Below, in pieces: positions 38,601-50,300 of a stretch of 64,000 nucleotides of DNA. Where the stretch lies: positions 2,542,001 to 2,606,000 of the forward strand of contig JBLDXI010000042.1 in NCBI GenBank assembly GCA_047495785.1, read 5' to 3'. This stretch comes from Lepidodermella squamata (Eukaryota > Animalia > Gastrotricha). The translations under genes and the position numbers were made by a program. The stretch's first letter is position 1, and each line of letters opens with the position of its first letter. The notes under the pieces were generated by a model. That model had not been told where the DNA came from. It saw only the letters and a list, made by a program, of their open reading frames with translations, and did not search any database.

Positions 38601-39963
38601 AGGATGAAGGTAAGCAAGCACAATGACAAGGGCGGCTCGCTCAAGAACAATCTCGAACAGCTAATGACCCGAAATACATAGTCAATAATTACCTTCATTG
38701 CGTTATAATAATCACCACTTTCGGTAAAACCTACAAGTTGGCTCTAAATTATGAGCACAAACAAAGCCAGATATTGCTTATAAATAAAACACTCTCTTTT
38801 ATACATGTAGCAACTAATACCTACTGGCAGAGACTCTTAATTAAACGCTCCATAAGAATATTACCATTAATTTCTCAACTTCTTACTCACCCAAGGCGTT
38901 TGTTTGTTCAAACGCAAATCCAGTCGGGTCCAAGGTGAACTCTCCAATTACTCCACTCTTGATGTGATCTATCAAGCGCTGTTGGACTGCCTTTTCGAAG
39001 CTAACGGCATTCGCCGACTCCGTAGTTATATATACCGTGGCCAGAACAATCGGACGGCTACAAAATTTGCGTACAAACAATTTCACACGAACCGCCAAGT
39101 AATTTCTTACCTAAATTTCAGGTACACTATTGTATGCGTACCAGGAATTTTATTGAGTATCTCCTGATACATTGCGTTTCTCACTTTCGGAGCAACCTGC
39201 TTGTATAAATGACTGGCGGAATCTTCCAATGCAGGATCATAGAGCAGAGATGTTATGTTGAGTTTGACTATAAAAAATACTGAAACGAAGTAAGTCAAGA
39301 TTGGGGTGAACTTGAAACAACGAGAGGATTACTTCTAGACTTCAATAGGTCCAAGTCTGGCGGTAAGGAGGTAGTTGCTTCGATTACTTTCCCTAACAAT
39401 TTCTCTGACGGCTCAACGTTTTTCTCAACTTTGATTACCACTGGTTGCGTGGCAACCTTCAGCGTTTCACCGGTTTTGATTACTGAAGCAGGAACAACGT
39501 TATAGTTTAATGTGGTAGTTTCGAGTGACTTCTGAGACAGCGGGTCTATAGTTTTCCAATCGTATTCACTCTCATCATATTCGCCATCTGTTGAATTATC
39601 GGAATCATCGTACATTGACTCCAGAATAACGTCAGCTCTTCCGGATTCGCCAAATGAAATATGTGCATTCGGGCTGGCTTCGAGGGTGATGTTTCTGCCT
39701 CTGGCTTCATTGTTGCCATCGTAATAGGAGCTATCGTAATAATATTCATCTTGATCGTCAGCTTCTTCCAATTTGACTCCAGTAACTGATGTTTTAGTAG
39801 TCTGATTGATGCCAGTATCGAGTTGAATAGCTTTCTAAAGAGCAACAATTATTCAAAAATATCTCTGAAGTCATAAAACCACCTGTTTCGAAGGGACGCC
39901 TCGGCAGCCAGGAAGGAAAGCGCAAGATGAAACGAATATGATATATGCGGCAAAATGCAGCAT
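20691..39963 (-). CDS. HSPG2: Perlecan (HSPG2/trol/unc-52 orthologue): signal peptide, SEA, LDLa plus Ig, laminin-B/laminin-EGF, Ig array, 3 LamG with 4 EGF
   Basis: Domain order is diagnostic. ATG 39963 (MLHFAAYIIFVSSCAFLPGCRG); SEA ~38891-39279; LDLa ~35520-35747 and ~34070-34490; two laminin-IV domains ~33650-31750; Ig repeats ~31070-23900; LamG/EGF ~23870-20691. Confidence 0.95.
21438..21464. repeat. Short degenerate telomere-like (CCCTAA)n tract in a perlecan intron
   Basis: ccaaccccaaacctaaccctaacccta. Confidence 0.5.
25667..25696 (-). other. Candidate 30-nt cassette micro-exon of perlecan
   Basis: gatgcAG|AAGGCCACCAAGGTGCACTTGAAGGTCAAG|GTatac; phase 1-1; encodes EGHQGALEGQ inside a 469-nt intron. 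Confidence 0.6.
26877..27397 (-). CDS. Alternative last exon of perlecan encoding an acidic stalk and GPI-type signal
   Basis: Acceptor ttacccatccAG|GA is in phase 1 with the donor after 28179; ends SASSSSSSSLFVAASSCALIFVAALLI*; AATAAA at 26762-26767. Confidence 0.75.
36294..36609 (-). CDS. Alternative first coding exon of perlecan (signal peptide plus acidic tract, no SEA)
   Basis: MMLRSCSENLIALQCILLLVACFAPDAG...GEDDEGGFDGDDDDG; phase-1 donor A|GTAAAT is compatible with the LDLa exon acceptor at 35747. Confidence 0.75.
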
Positions 39964-41820
39964 GGCTGAAGCAAAATAATCAGAATAGCCGATGCATCGG
40001 CGCGATTGAGGATTCCATTCTTCTTTAAAAATCTACAATCTGAAAAAAACATCGTGTTCAAATTGCCCAAGTTGGTTTGAAACCTTGTAAAATAACTAAA
40101 AAGAAACACATTGATGAATTAAATGACTCATACACGGTTTCAAATGAGCCAGAGATCACCGATAAATAAAACTAAAATACACGGTACGGCTTTCTGACAT
40201 TTGAGTCCATAGATCCCGAATATGCGGCCTTTGTTTCTTAGCATAATTAGCTAAAAACAACGTATCAATGATTGAGCATCAATGACCCACCTGGGAATAC
40301 TTGTTGATCGCGAAGGACTCACAAACAACGCCGAATCAACGATCAGCTGATTTTTGAATTATAGCGCCAAAGTCCTAAAATTTTCACATTTGAAACAAAA
40401 ATTATACAAAATGATTTATTAATTAAATTTTTATTAATCAAAATGTTTAAAAATTTTTCTTAGCGACGTTTATGATTTGGGTTGCCCTCGAGAGTCTCAT
40501 TCAATTGGCTCTTGATGTCTTTCGATCCCGCCTCGTGTTCTGCAATCCAAATGGTTCCTCTGGTATATTATTCCTAAATAATTCTCAAACTAAACTTCTG
40601 CTATTAATCTTACTAGTCTTCTCAAGGCTTGTGAAAAGCTTCTCGGTTACTATATTTTGTTTAGGCCCTTAGGATATAGGTTGTTCAAGACTATTGGCAG
40701 TAAATGGCCTCGCCTTTCCCGAATTTAACATATCCGGTTAATGTGATATCTTGAGTTTGCTTTCTTCAGAAGCCAGGAATAGATGTTGGTGTTCATCTTA
40801 ACTCTAACTTCTAGTTAAACCTACCATTAATTTCGGTGTAATGCTAGGTCTGACCAGTTTAAGCTGATAACTATCTTCCTTGGCTATGCTTGTAAGCAAC
40901 TCGCCGGACTACTAGTCATTTTCCAATAAATTAACAGTGCCTATTAGCTTATTTCCCATCAACTAGTAGCATTTGTGTCTGTCTACATCCTCGCTACCGT
41001 CACGGTTACCGTGCTACTGTGGCTACTGTGACATGGTGAATCGTAAATGATCGATTACGATTGAACAGACCTGATCAGAAAGCAATGCAAAATTTGGGTT
41101 GGCTGAGCGAACGTCGACAGTCGCCAGATACTGAGTGAACGCCACAGTTTCCAGTGTATTGTACCATAATCGCATGCACAGTTTGCGGCGTTCACTCTGA
41201 TCACCATTTATCTCCAAATTTTCCTTCTGGTCTGTTGTTCAGTAATATTCTGACAGGTTATCAACTCCACTTCTCCCAAGCTTAATATTACCCCTTTCGC
41301 TACGATGGAAATGAATGCAACCTTCTGTGGCTCGATTTTCCGCACGGAAGAGGATTTTTTGGTTAATATGACATTATGTATCGGAAATTTAAATGAAGAC
41401 TGCTTTCACTTCCTAACTACCTTAAGTGAAACAAGGATTTGCCGATCCCGTTGAACCTAATCACGTGTTCATGAGATAGCGAATTGATAATTCCACGCGA
41501 AGCCATTTATTTTTCGGTGTTATTTAGCTAGTAAGGAAAACGGGGAAAAAAATAATTTTCTTAGATTATCGTTCTCACCCATTTCCTTGAAAATACGGGA
41601 AATTACGAGGTTCCGCTGGGGTTGAGGCTGTAGCGCGGCGGAATTTAGAGCGTGCTATTCGCTACAGCGAAAGAGGTTGCAGGCAAAATGGGAAATAATT
41701 GTTACAATTGACAAGGTAAGTATTTGCGATAAGGCTTGGATAAATGCGTGAAATTGACTTTAAAGCAGAGCTAATACATTTATTAATCATACCTATAGAA
41801 CTCTTAATATATTGCCAAGC

Positions 41821-43935
41821 ATGGAATCAAACAGAAATCCGGGGCGAAAAGGTCTGATTTTTTCTGAATTTTTTGTTATGGTCTGACATTGCACAATGCT
41901 ATTCATGATAAATTAACGAAACAAAATCGTGCATTATGAAATATAAACGCTAGTTTACGGATTGAAAACATTTTATTCGAGATAACTATCCGCGAAATAC
42001 TAGACGCAACGATGCGTTGATAGCAAATTATATTGTTTTTTGTTTTGCCCAAGAACTCAGGGCAGCGCAGTGATTAGCAGCAGTCATATCTGAAGCGTAA
42101 ATTAACGCGCAATTTCTGGGTTTAAGCGGTGGTGCATGAGCTAAGGTTGTTTTTTCTTTCAGATCTAGAGCAGTGGTGCAATGTGGCTCCGAGAAGCATA
42201 TCGCGCAGCTGTGCGGGGTGCAGCGAGCAACCTCCCCCTGACTGGAATCAATGGCCTAAAGAAATTGACGCGATAACTAAACGCCCGAGAACTCCTAACG
42301 ATCCTTACACTAAGCTGAGCGTTCCAATGGTTAACAATATTCCTAAGGTATGCCATATTTTAGGTTGACTGTAAATTAAATACGTCGCCGTTTACAGGAC
42401 ACAAGCCCATTTTTCCGGCAATTAACAGATAAACCTACACTTCCAGCTAGCAACTCGGCTAATAGCAACTATTCTCGACATTTCCGCGAGAGATATGCAT
42501 CAATCATCAACAAACACTTGTTCCGCGGCCAGCCAACTTCCCATGACTTCGGAATAATAACACCTGAAAAATACCACAAGGAAGCGCAAGAGCCATACAC
42601 AACGTGTACTCAGGAGGCGTTTGAAAAGTGGCCCGGACAAATGGCTGGCCAATTGTGGCTAGGGGACGCGTCGCAACAAAAAGGAGGTAAATTATTAGGC
42701 TGTTAACACTTGAGTGTGATTTACAGCTCCTTATTATCCTAGTTAATGTTATGAATAAAGCGAATTACCCGCATAGTAAAATTATATGTGCGCAAAAAAT
42801 AACGCTGTGGTGGCGAATTCATTGTTAATTGCGGCGCTATTTATCGCTACTTCTGTCGAGTATATAGCAGTGTTGATTCAAATAGCGAATCTTACTGTGG
42901 AACGGAACGGGACCTAGCCCGATATTTCTCTGCTGCCGGCCACTTTATTACGAAAATTAGCCGCAGTGTCTCCTGTTAGATAACCGCAGTAGCTCAAACA
43001 GATTGCGCGCGTTGCGTCAATAGCCACTTGGAGAGGCTGTTGGTATATTAGGCAGCTGATTGGAGGAAAATGCGGTTTGTGGAATGCCGCTCTGTATTAT
43101 AATAACCACAATATATTATTGTACCTGGGCCAAATCGAAGAGATAGGCGCGTTTCGCCAACAACTTGCGCGGTTTGGATTACAAACATTCGCGCCGTCGC
43201 AAAGTAAATAAGATTTCAGAAGCGAGCGCTCTACTGAACGGTAACTCGGCTGTTGGCGCGAGAAACGGAATAGATAGTGTAATGATGATAAATGACTTGA
43301 CCGCTGTTTTACAACACCGCCGCTGATAACACAGTTTTACAGCGGTTTGCGTGAGATTGCCCTGTAAATCATCACATCTTTGTGTTGATTAACTACTTAG
43401 CACGCGGGTCTGAGGATGATAACTGATTTCTGCCTACCTACGTCTCAACAGGTCTGGCAACAAAAAGCCACCAGTATGGAGAGGTGCGAGAACGTTTTAC
43501 CACAATTGACATGTACAGGCGGCCAAACACCAACTGTCCAGGTGAGTGCGTCATGAAATTCGGCCGCCCAGGACTAGGCTATTACCTGCAACGCAATCCG
43601 ACCAACGAGCCGTACTTTGGCTCCGAGATCGCCCTGAATCAACAGGACGTGCTGCAAGACATTCAACCGAAAACCCTTGAAGAGTACAAGTATCGTCAAG
43701 CGCTTGTTCGTGATGAATACGGCAAACGAGACCAGCAATGGCCTCATTTGTCCGAATACAGTGATCGATATGGGCGAAAATCTTCGGTGGAACACATTAC
43801 TAGAAAGTGAGTGCCTTGTTTATTTAACCAATCTCGACTTCATGTTGTTTGTTTTCCGACAGCCCTCGGGACAAAAAACTAGTTGAGCAATTCAATCGTG
43901 CGAAGAATGAGTGCGATTTTCTGGAATCGAATTAG
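41821..43935 (+). CDS. Uncharacterised multi-exon protein (Pro/Tyr/Arg-rich, no TM)
   Basis: Exons joined through consistent splice signals from ATG 41821 through ORFs at 42129, 42518 and 43484 to TAG 43935; AATAAA at ~43940. Confidence 0.7.
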
Positions 43936-43990
43936 AATGAATAAAAACACCCTCGAACCTTTCGCGCCCACCAGCTGAAAATTTTACCAA

Positions 43991-44014
43991 ACAACAACAA
44001 CAACAACAACAACA
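43991..44014 (+). repeat. (ACA)n microsatellite
   Basis: Eight ACA units. Confidence 0.9.
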
Positions 44015-44660
44015 CCAAATTTTGAACTCTAGTTACGTTCTTAGCTTTTCGCCTTGATTATTTTTGTGATAATAACTTTCGATATATGCATTCATATCCG
44101 TCTGAGAAATGAAGATAAATTTTTCTCAACCATGTTTTTTATTCGTAAAAAAGTTGCAGCCAAGTTTGTACAGAAAGATATATAATATATATAAAGGCAA
44201 AAATAGTTCATCATCATCAATCAGCAACAAAATATAAGATATCAAGGTTAATACGACAGGAAGCGGCAGTATTCGAATATTGCATCGAACAATTTAAGAT
44301 ATTTTGAACGTTAAATTTTCACGGATTTCGCAAAAATGAAACACGAATCGGGCACGGGTATGATGACGAGCTACGATGAACTAAGCTGAGCGAAATTAAT
44401 TGATATATACGATGAAAATTAGAATGATAAAATTATAACTTTTTTATCAAAAACCGGTCACCTCATATTTCACGTCCGACTGCACTCGAGCGACATGGCA
44501 CAATAAGAGAATATACGAATAGCGAGTCTTTTGTCGCGAAATGCAGATAATACTAATGAACGCAAAACCGAGGTTCATGATAACTGTTATCAGCCGTAAT
44601 TATAATATTTTCAACACATAGAAGCTAGGAGTACAAAAACCACGATACAAAGATTGCTAT

Positions 44661-46629
44661 CTAGGTGCTTTTGGTCTGCGAATTTTGAACTTCGTCAGTC
44701 TCCCCAGGGACTTGTCGGTGTGTTAATGTTGACTCAGGCTCGTCATTCTTTGCGGCATTGAAAACCTGAAAATAATGATAAAAATTGTGAAAATGAAATT
44801 TTCAATTTTCGCAAAATTACGTCTTCCTCAGATTGCTTGTTCTGATGAGATTCTGCAACTTCTTCCTCTTCATGGCCTTCACTGCCGTCGCTATCACTTG
44901 GTTCAAGGACGCAATCGTTAGCGGGACTCGTGCTAACTGACTGCCGACGCATTCTTCGGTAGACCAGCAGGAGGCCGTTGTATTCAGGGCGTTTTCGGAT
45001 CATTTTCATCAAGTCGTCGAAAGATACCAATCCGTCACGATCCGTATCCATCAAGTTCATAAGATGCTCCACCTCCGATCGCTCCATGCCGTAGTTGTGA
45101 CCGAGCAGGCGAGCCAAGTCATCCTCACTAATCCTTCCATCACCATCACTGAGAAAATTCGAAATTAATAAATCAGAGTAAAATTCAATTTAATCACTCA
45201 TACCTGTCAAATAGTTCGAATATGACTTTCCAAGAATTTTCCGACTCACTTGGCTCAGAAATAATGCTCAAACCAGAGATGAAATCACGGAAATCAATCT
45301 GACCGCTGTTGTCCTTATCGTAAAGAGCAAACAGCTCGCGCACAGGTTCGATGACTGGGAGTGAGAGGTGTTTTGCTAATTCAGCCAAGGTGATTTTACC
45401 GCGCTTCGTTTTGTCGATTTGAGAGAAACGAGACAGCATATTTTGCAAATCCTCATATGATAAACCCAGGCGGCGACGAACAGCGTCGAACCCGACTAGA
45501 GCGGCACTCATTGGATATCCCTTCGATTCGGCAAACATCATAAGGCGGCAATCTTCGAACGTGTGATCAGTAGTCGGGATTCCCAACTTTTCAGCCATCA
45601 AAGCACGGACGTTCTTCGCGTAGAGGTAGCAGTCTTTTATTTCTGCCGGTGAAGGCTTGTAAACAGGCAGAAATTCAACAGTGGCGCGGTTGATCGGCTG
45701 ACACAGGGTAAACCATACGCAAGCGCCAGCGCCTTGGCCTTGAAAGGTCCACGAGTATGTGTCAAGTTTGTTGTGGAATCTCAACAAAATCGGTTGAACC
45801 GGGGCGCCGGGCATAAAAGCGCCAGGTTTAAATGTGATCAAGCAAGAACGATTCGTGCATGTTCCTTCGGGGAACAATAGCAAGTGACGATTGTAACCTG
45901 GATGGCCACTTTGAATCGCAGCGACGCGTTTCTTTATACGATCAATCGTTGCCGTTCTTGATGCCCGCTCAGCGCGCGAGACAAAGATCGGGCGGAGGCT
46001 TTCGATCAGTTCTAGGTCATGCAAATTAATAACTAGTTTTGAAAATAAGAGTGAAACTTACTTCCAAAACAAGGCATGCTTTTGTTTTCGATTCTCGACA
46101 CAACAAATGGAAGTTTAGCGTGAGGAAGCATTAAAGCATCAACGATTGTGGAATGCGGCGCGGCAACGATGACAGGGGCTTCAGATGCGGGAGCCAATTC
46201 TCCAACAACCTCGACGGAAAATCCAAGACAGAAGAAGAGTAAGCGACCTGCGACAGAAATAAAATAATAATGACAGAGCAAACCATAGGAAAACTTACCC
46301 AACGTAGATAGTATTCTGTTGTACATGGCGTAACGCTTAGGATTAGAAATAGGTGCATCAGGGTCCTTGTCGCCAGACCCTCTCACCTCTAGAAAGGCGA
46401 CGAACCAAATCAGAAAGCTGATGAATAACGACAGAACAAATCGCAAAGGAGCGATTGAGATCGACATTAGCGCGAACTAAAAACTCGCGAAATAATTCAT
46501 AATTATGATACGAGTGGAATCACTCACGATAAAAATGTCTTTCACTCCAGGCTGAAGCCTCTGAACGAAAGGATTAACATTAGGCAACTTTCCAGCCGCA
46601 GGTTTCGCAGGTTCTTCTTCCGATTCCAT
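44661..46629 (-). CDS. LPCAT: Lysophosphatidylcholine acyltransferase 1/2-like with EF-hands
   Basis: NPFV, APHSTIVD (HxxxxD), FPEGTCTN, FKPGAF; EF-hands DKDNSGQIDFRDF and DTDRDGLVSFDDL. Confidence 0.93.
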
Positions 46630-47260
46630 TTTTCGGTAAAACTTAGCTGATCATCAATTTACTAGAAAAAGGTAAAAAATGCACAATAGAAAAAGAGCGC
46701 ACATTACTTATATCCCCACAATCGTACACTTTTACAACACAGTTAGCCATCTATTACCCAGGAATCTCCTAATACACACCCATTCATACCACTATCGACA
46801 CCGATATCCGATGTAAAATATCATAATCCCGATCGTTCCCGATATCCAAGATCACCCACCTACTCCTTGAGCATGCTGTAAAACTTTTCAAGCAACAAGT
46901 AACTAGTGTCCCGTGTCCCACAACAGAAAGGTCAAAGGAAAAATGAAAAATCACACATTTTTCAGATCACACACGTTGGATCACGCTTCACACTTCACAC
47001 TTCTTATCTGTTCTGCTTAGAACCCCAAATTGTCCACGGGGCAATCATCTGATATCTGATGGATTCAGGACTCCTGCTGATGCTCTGTAAGGTCAAGGAG
47101 GAAAGACTTTTGGCATCGCTACGGGTCAAGGTGCAACTGAAACCTGATGATTGGCAGATTTAAAAAATGAATGTTTTATAATGTTAACATTTTATTGCAA
47201 CAAACTATCTGGTTTTTTTTTAAATTATGTATTAGTAATTTTTCAAATCTTACAAACTTG

Positions 47261-47273
47261 GTTACTTAGCAAC
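47261..47273. promoter_or_regulatory. RFX X-box
   Basis: GTTACTTAGCAAC ~110 nt upstream of the predicted WDR97-like ATG (47381). Confidence 0.7.
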
Positions 47274-47380
47274 GCGTACCGTTACACTGGGTTTTCAAAA
47301 ACTAAAACCGCGAATTCTTGAACTCGGGCCACATGGGGACTTCTCATCTCTAAGTCATTTGGATTCCCTGTTTTTGTGAA

Positions 47381-50300
47381 ATGCTTTCAGCTGCAGAACA
47401 AAGAGAACAAGAGTTTTTTGTTACAAAAGATGCTCCAGTAAATTATCCGCGCCGGAAAGAAACCAAGCCTCAATATTTGTACGACAATTTTAATATCGCA
47501 TAGCCAGACGTTTTGACCAACCTGCTATATTTCTAGATGGCGAATTCTACGGCTGACTCTACGGGATACTGTCAAAGCCGTAATAGCTACAGAGCGGATT
47601 GTTCAGAAGGTGGTCCATGGGATTTCACACACTCGATCAATATCCCCTAATTTGGCCCCTAATGTTGGCTTTATCTTTGACGCCGTGTTGAATCCAATCG
47701 AAAGGGTATGTCATAAGTCATTCCTGATATTCAATTCCAAATTTATTTGCTAGGAAACCGTGAATATCGACGCTAATTGTGCCTACATTACAAATTGGAG
47801 TGGGCGATTGAATCGGCTCGTCGTTTTCGACAAACCAAATAGTTTTCAAAGAATTCTTCACTGTATTTCATCTAATCAGTTTGTGGCCTGGAAGCCAGGA
47901 TCTGAGAACGTGACTGTTTGTTGAAAATTGTAATACTTGCAGCTATCCACTAAACATTTTATTTCAGCTCTTGGACAAAGATATTCATATAGTTCATGTT
48001 ACGAGCGCTGATATCGCCATTTATTCCGCCATATTTAACGTTCATCGATTTGAGGTCATTCTTGGTCATACCGGCGGTACTTCCGTTAGTTGGATATTAA
48101 ATCCGTAGGGTTACAGGCATAATTCTTGTGACTAATTTAGACGTGGCAATTCCGCTACAATAATCAGTACCTTGTGCAAAGTCGCCACGCTCACTTCCGT
48201 TCTTTTCCGAGCGAGAAGTTCGAATTTCTATCTATTGAAGCGACGTCTAGCAAATCTCAGCGCGGTTTCGCAGCATCATCTCATCTTGTCGTGGTGGGCA
48301 CTAATTATTTGTTCAAGAGGAATCCATAGTTATTTCAATTTTTTCATGAAAGGTTTTCAACTTGGAAACTGGGCATGTCACCGATTACAAAAAGAATCTC
48401 CATCTTACCGCCATTACCGCAATACTATATTTCAATCCGCTGAAGTTGCTTGTTACTGCAGCAAAGGACGGGACAAGTATGATCGGTCTCATCTATGGTT
48501 GACTGAAACCGTAAACGTTATTAATTTTTAGTAAAAGCGTGGAATCCTGATTGGACGATTCGTCGAGTGTTAGTTGGACATACTGGCGCCATAAATTCTC
48601 TGGCATTTTATCCATCTGGCGCTTCTTTCATATCCTGCGGCTCAGATCGGACGATGCGATTGTGGTGTTTAGATACTCCTGGCCAGCTCAGCAGGTTTGA
48701 ATAGTGATGAAATTTTTATGTTATTTTATTGCGGCTTATCTTGAATTTAGTGTGAGCGTGGAAAATGCTCTGATATCTGTCGTGACTGTTCGAGATGAGG
48801 CGTCATTTTTGTCCGTATCTGCAAATGGCCAAGTTGACTTGTGGAAAGCTCAGGATTTACATTTTTTGCAAACATGTGGCGGGTGAGTTGAGCTGTTATT
48901 ATTAACAAATGCCCAAGTCAAACTACTTTGACAGGAGTGGATATTTGAAATTGATCTGTACCACCCGTCCTTTTTGGCCCCTTCGAGCCTGTGCTATGTG
49001 CGGAGATGGCTGTGTGAGACTAATATCCACAACTGACGGCTCAATTATTTCGACTGCTCTTCCTCCTTCGTTGGTACAACACGGCTCCAATCGGCAAATA
49101 AATGATTTGATTGATATTAGTTATTCTGCGTTTGATGGTTTGTTTTAGAATGTGCAATAGCTGGCTATTTACTTATTTTTTGCTCGTTTAGATGTTGCGT
49201 TTGCAATATATAACAAGGGTGAATTCGCGAAATTTGACATGACGACAAATCCAGCGTCTCTGGTATTCATTCATCAGGCGGAAACTGAACAACAGGAGTA
49301 CTCATGCCTGACGATGTACGAAAAGATCTGTAATCCATGGCCTCAACCTAAAGAGAAATCGCTGGCAACAGAGAATCTAAATGTTGTCGGACACCTTGGC
49401 TTAAAAGTTAGCCAGAAATTGAACCGTTGCATTTTATTTGCCGGTCGAAGAGATGGAAAAATTTGTGTCATTGATTGGAGAACTGGGCTAATTCAATACG
49501 ACGTGGAAGGCCATTTAGGCGACGGTGGCGTCAGCTGCCTAGCAGCCACCGAGAAAACCGATGTTCTCATTTCGAGCGGCCACGATCAAATTATTCGAAT
49601 ATGGAAGATTTACCCGTTTAATATTGACGCGTTGTCGCTCATGTCATCTTTCTTCTGCTCACAACTACCCAGGCCGTTATGCACAATGAATTCTAACTTC
49701 AGCGCAGCTTTGCAGCACGCACCGTCAGCCACTTTCGCGTTGGTCACCTACGATTTCGACGTTAATGGTAAGAACTTTTTATTGTTACCTCAATTGATAG
49801 TTTGAAGCAATTGTAATTAACCTGAATGATGTATATAGCTCGAAAGTTGTTCCTGGAAGCGTTAGCTAAAAGCAGTATGTCGAATATCCATCGTATTTTA
49901 TGTTCACAAAATGAGTTCACTATAGCGCCTCAGTTGATATTTTGTTCATCTTCTTAGCTATTTTCCATGCAATTTCGGTGATTTAACATTTTTTAAATCT
50001 TTTCAGATCGAGCTGATCATTCACCCATGGACGATCACACGGATGAAATAGTTGCGATTTCATATTGCAAAAAATTGGGGCTAATGGCAACAGCTGCCAG
50101 CGACGGAACTATTCGAATATGGGACGATTTTAATAAACTCATTAGGTTGGTTGGCGATAAAGCTATATTAACCTGATTACTACCTTGAATCATTTAAATT
50201 TAGAATCTTGGAAGTAAATGGATTGCCCAACAGCGTTGCGTTCTGCAGCCAAAATGGCGATCTTCTCGTTGGACTGGGCGAGAACTTGCATTTCATCAGC

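Noticed and set aside
40450-41460. Possible decayed transposon sequence (also 9750-10450 and 61140-61560)
   Set aside because: No intact ORF, terminal repeats or diagnostic motif that I can support.
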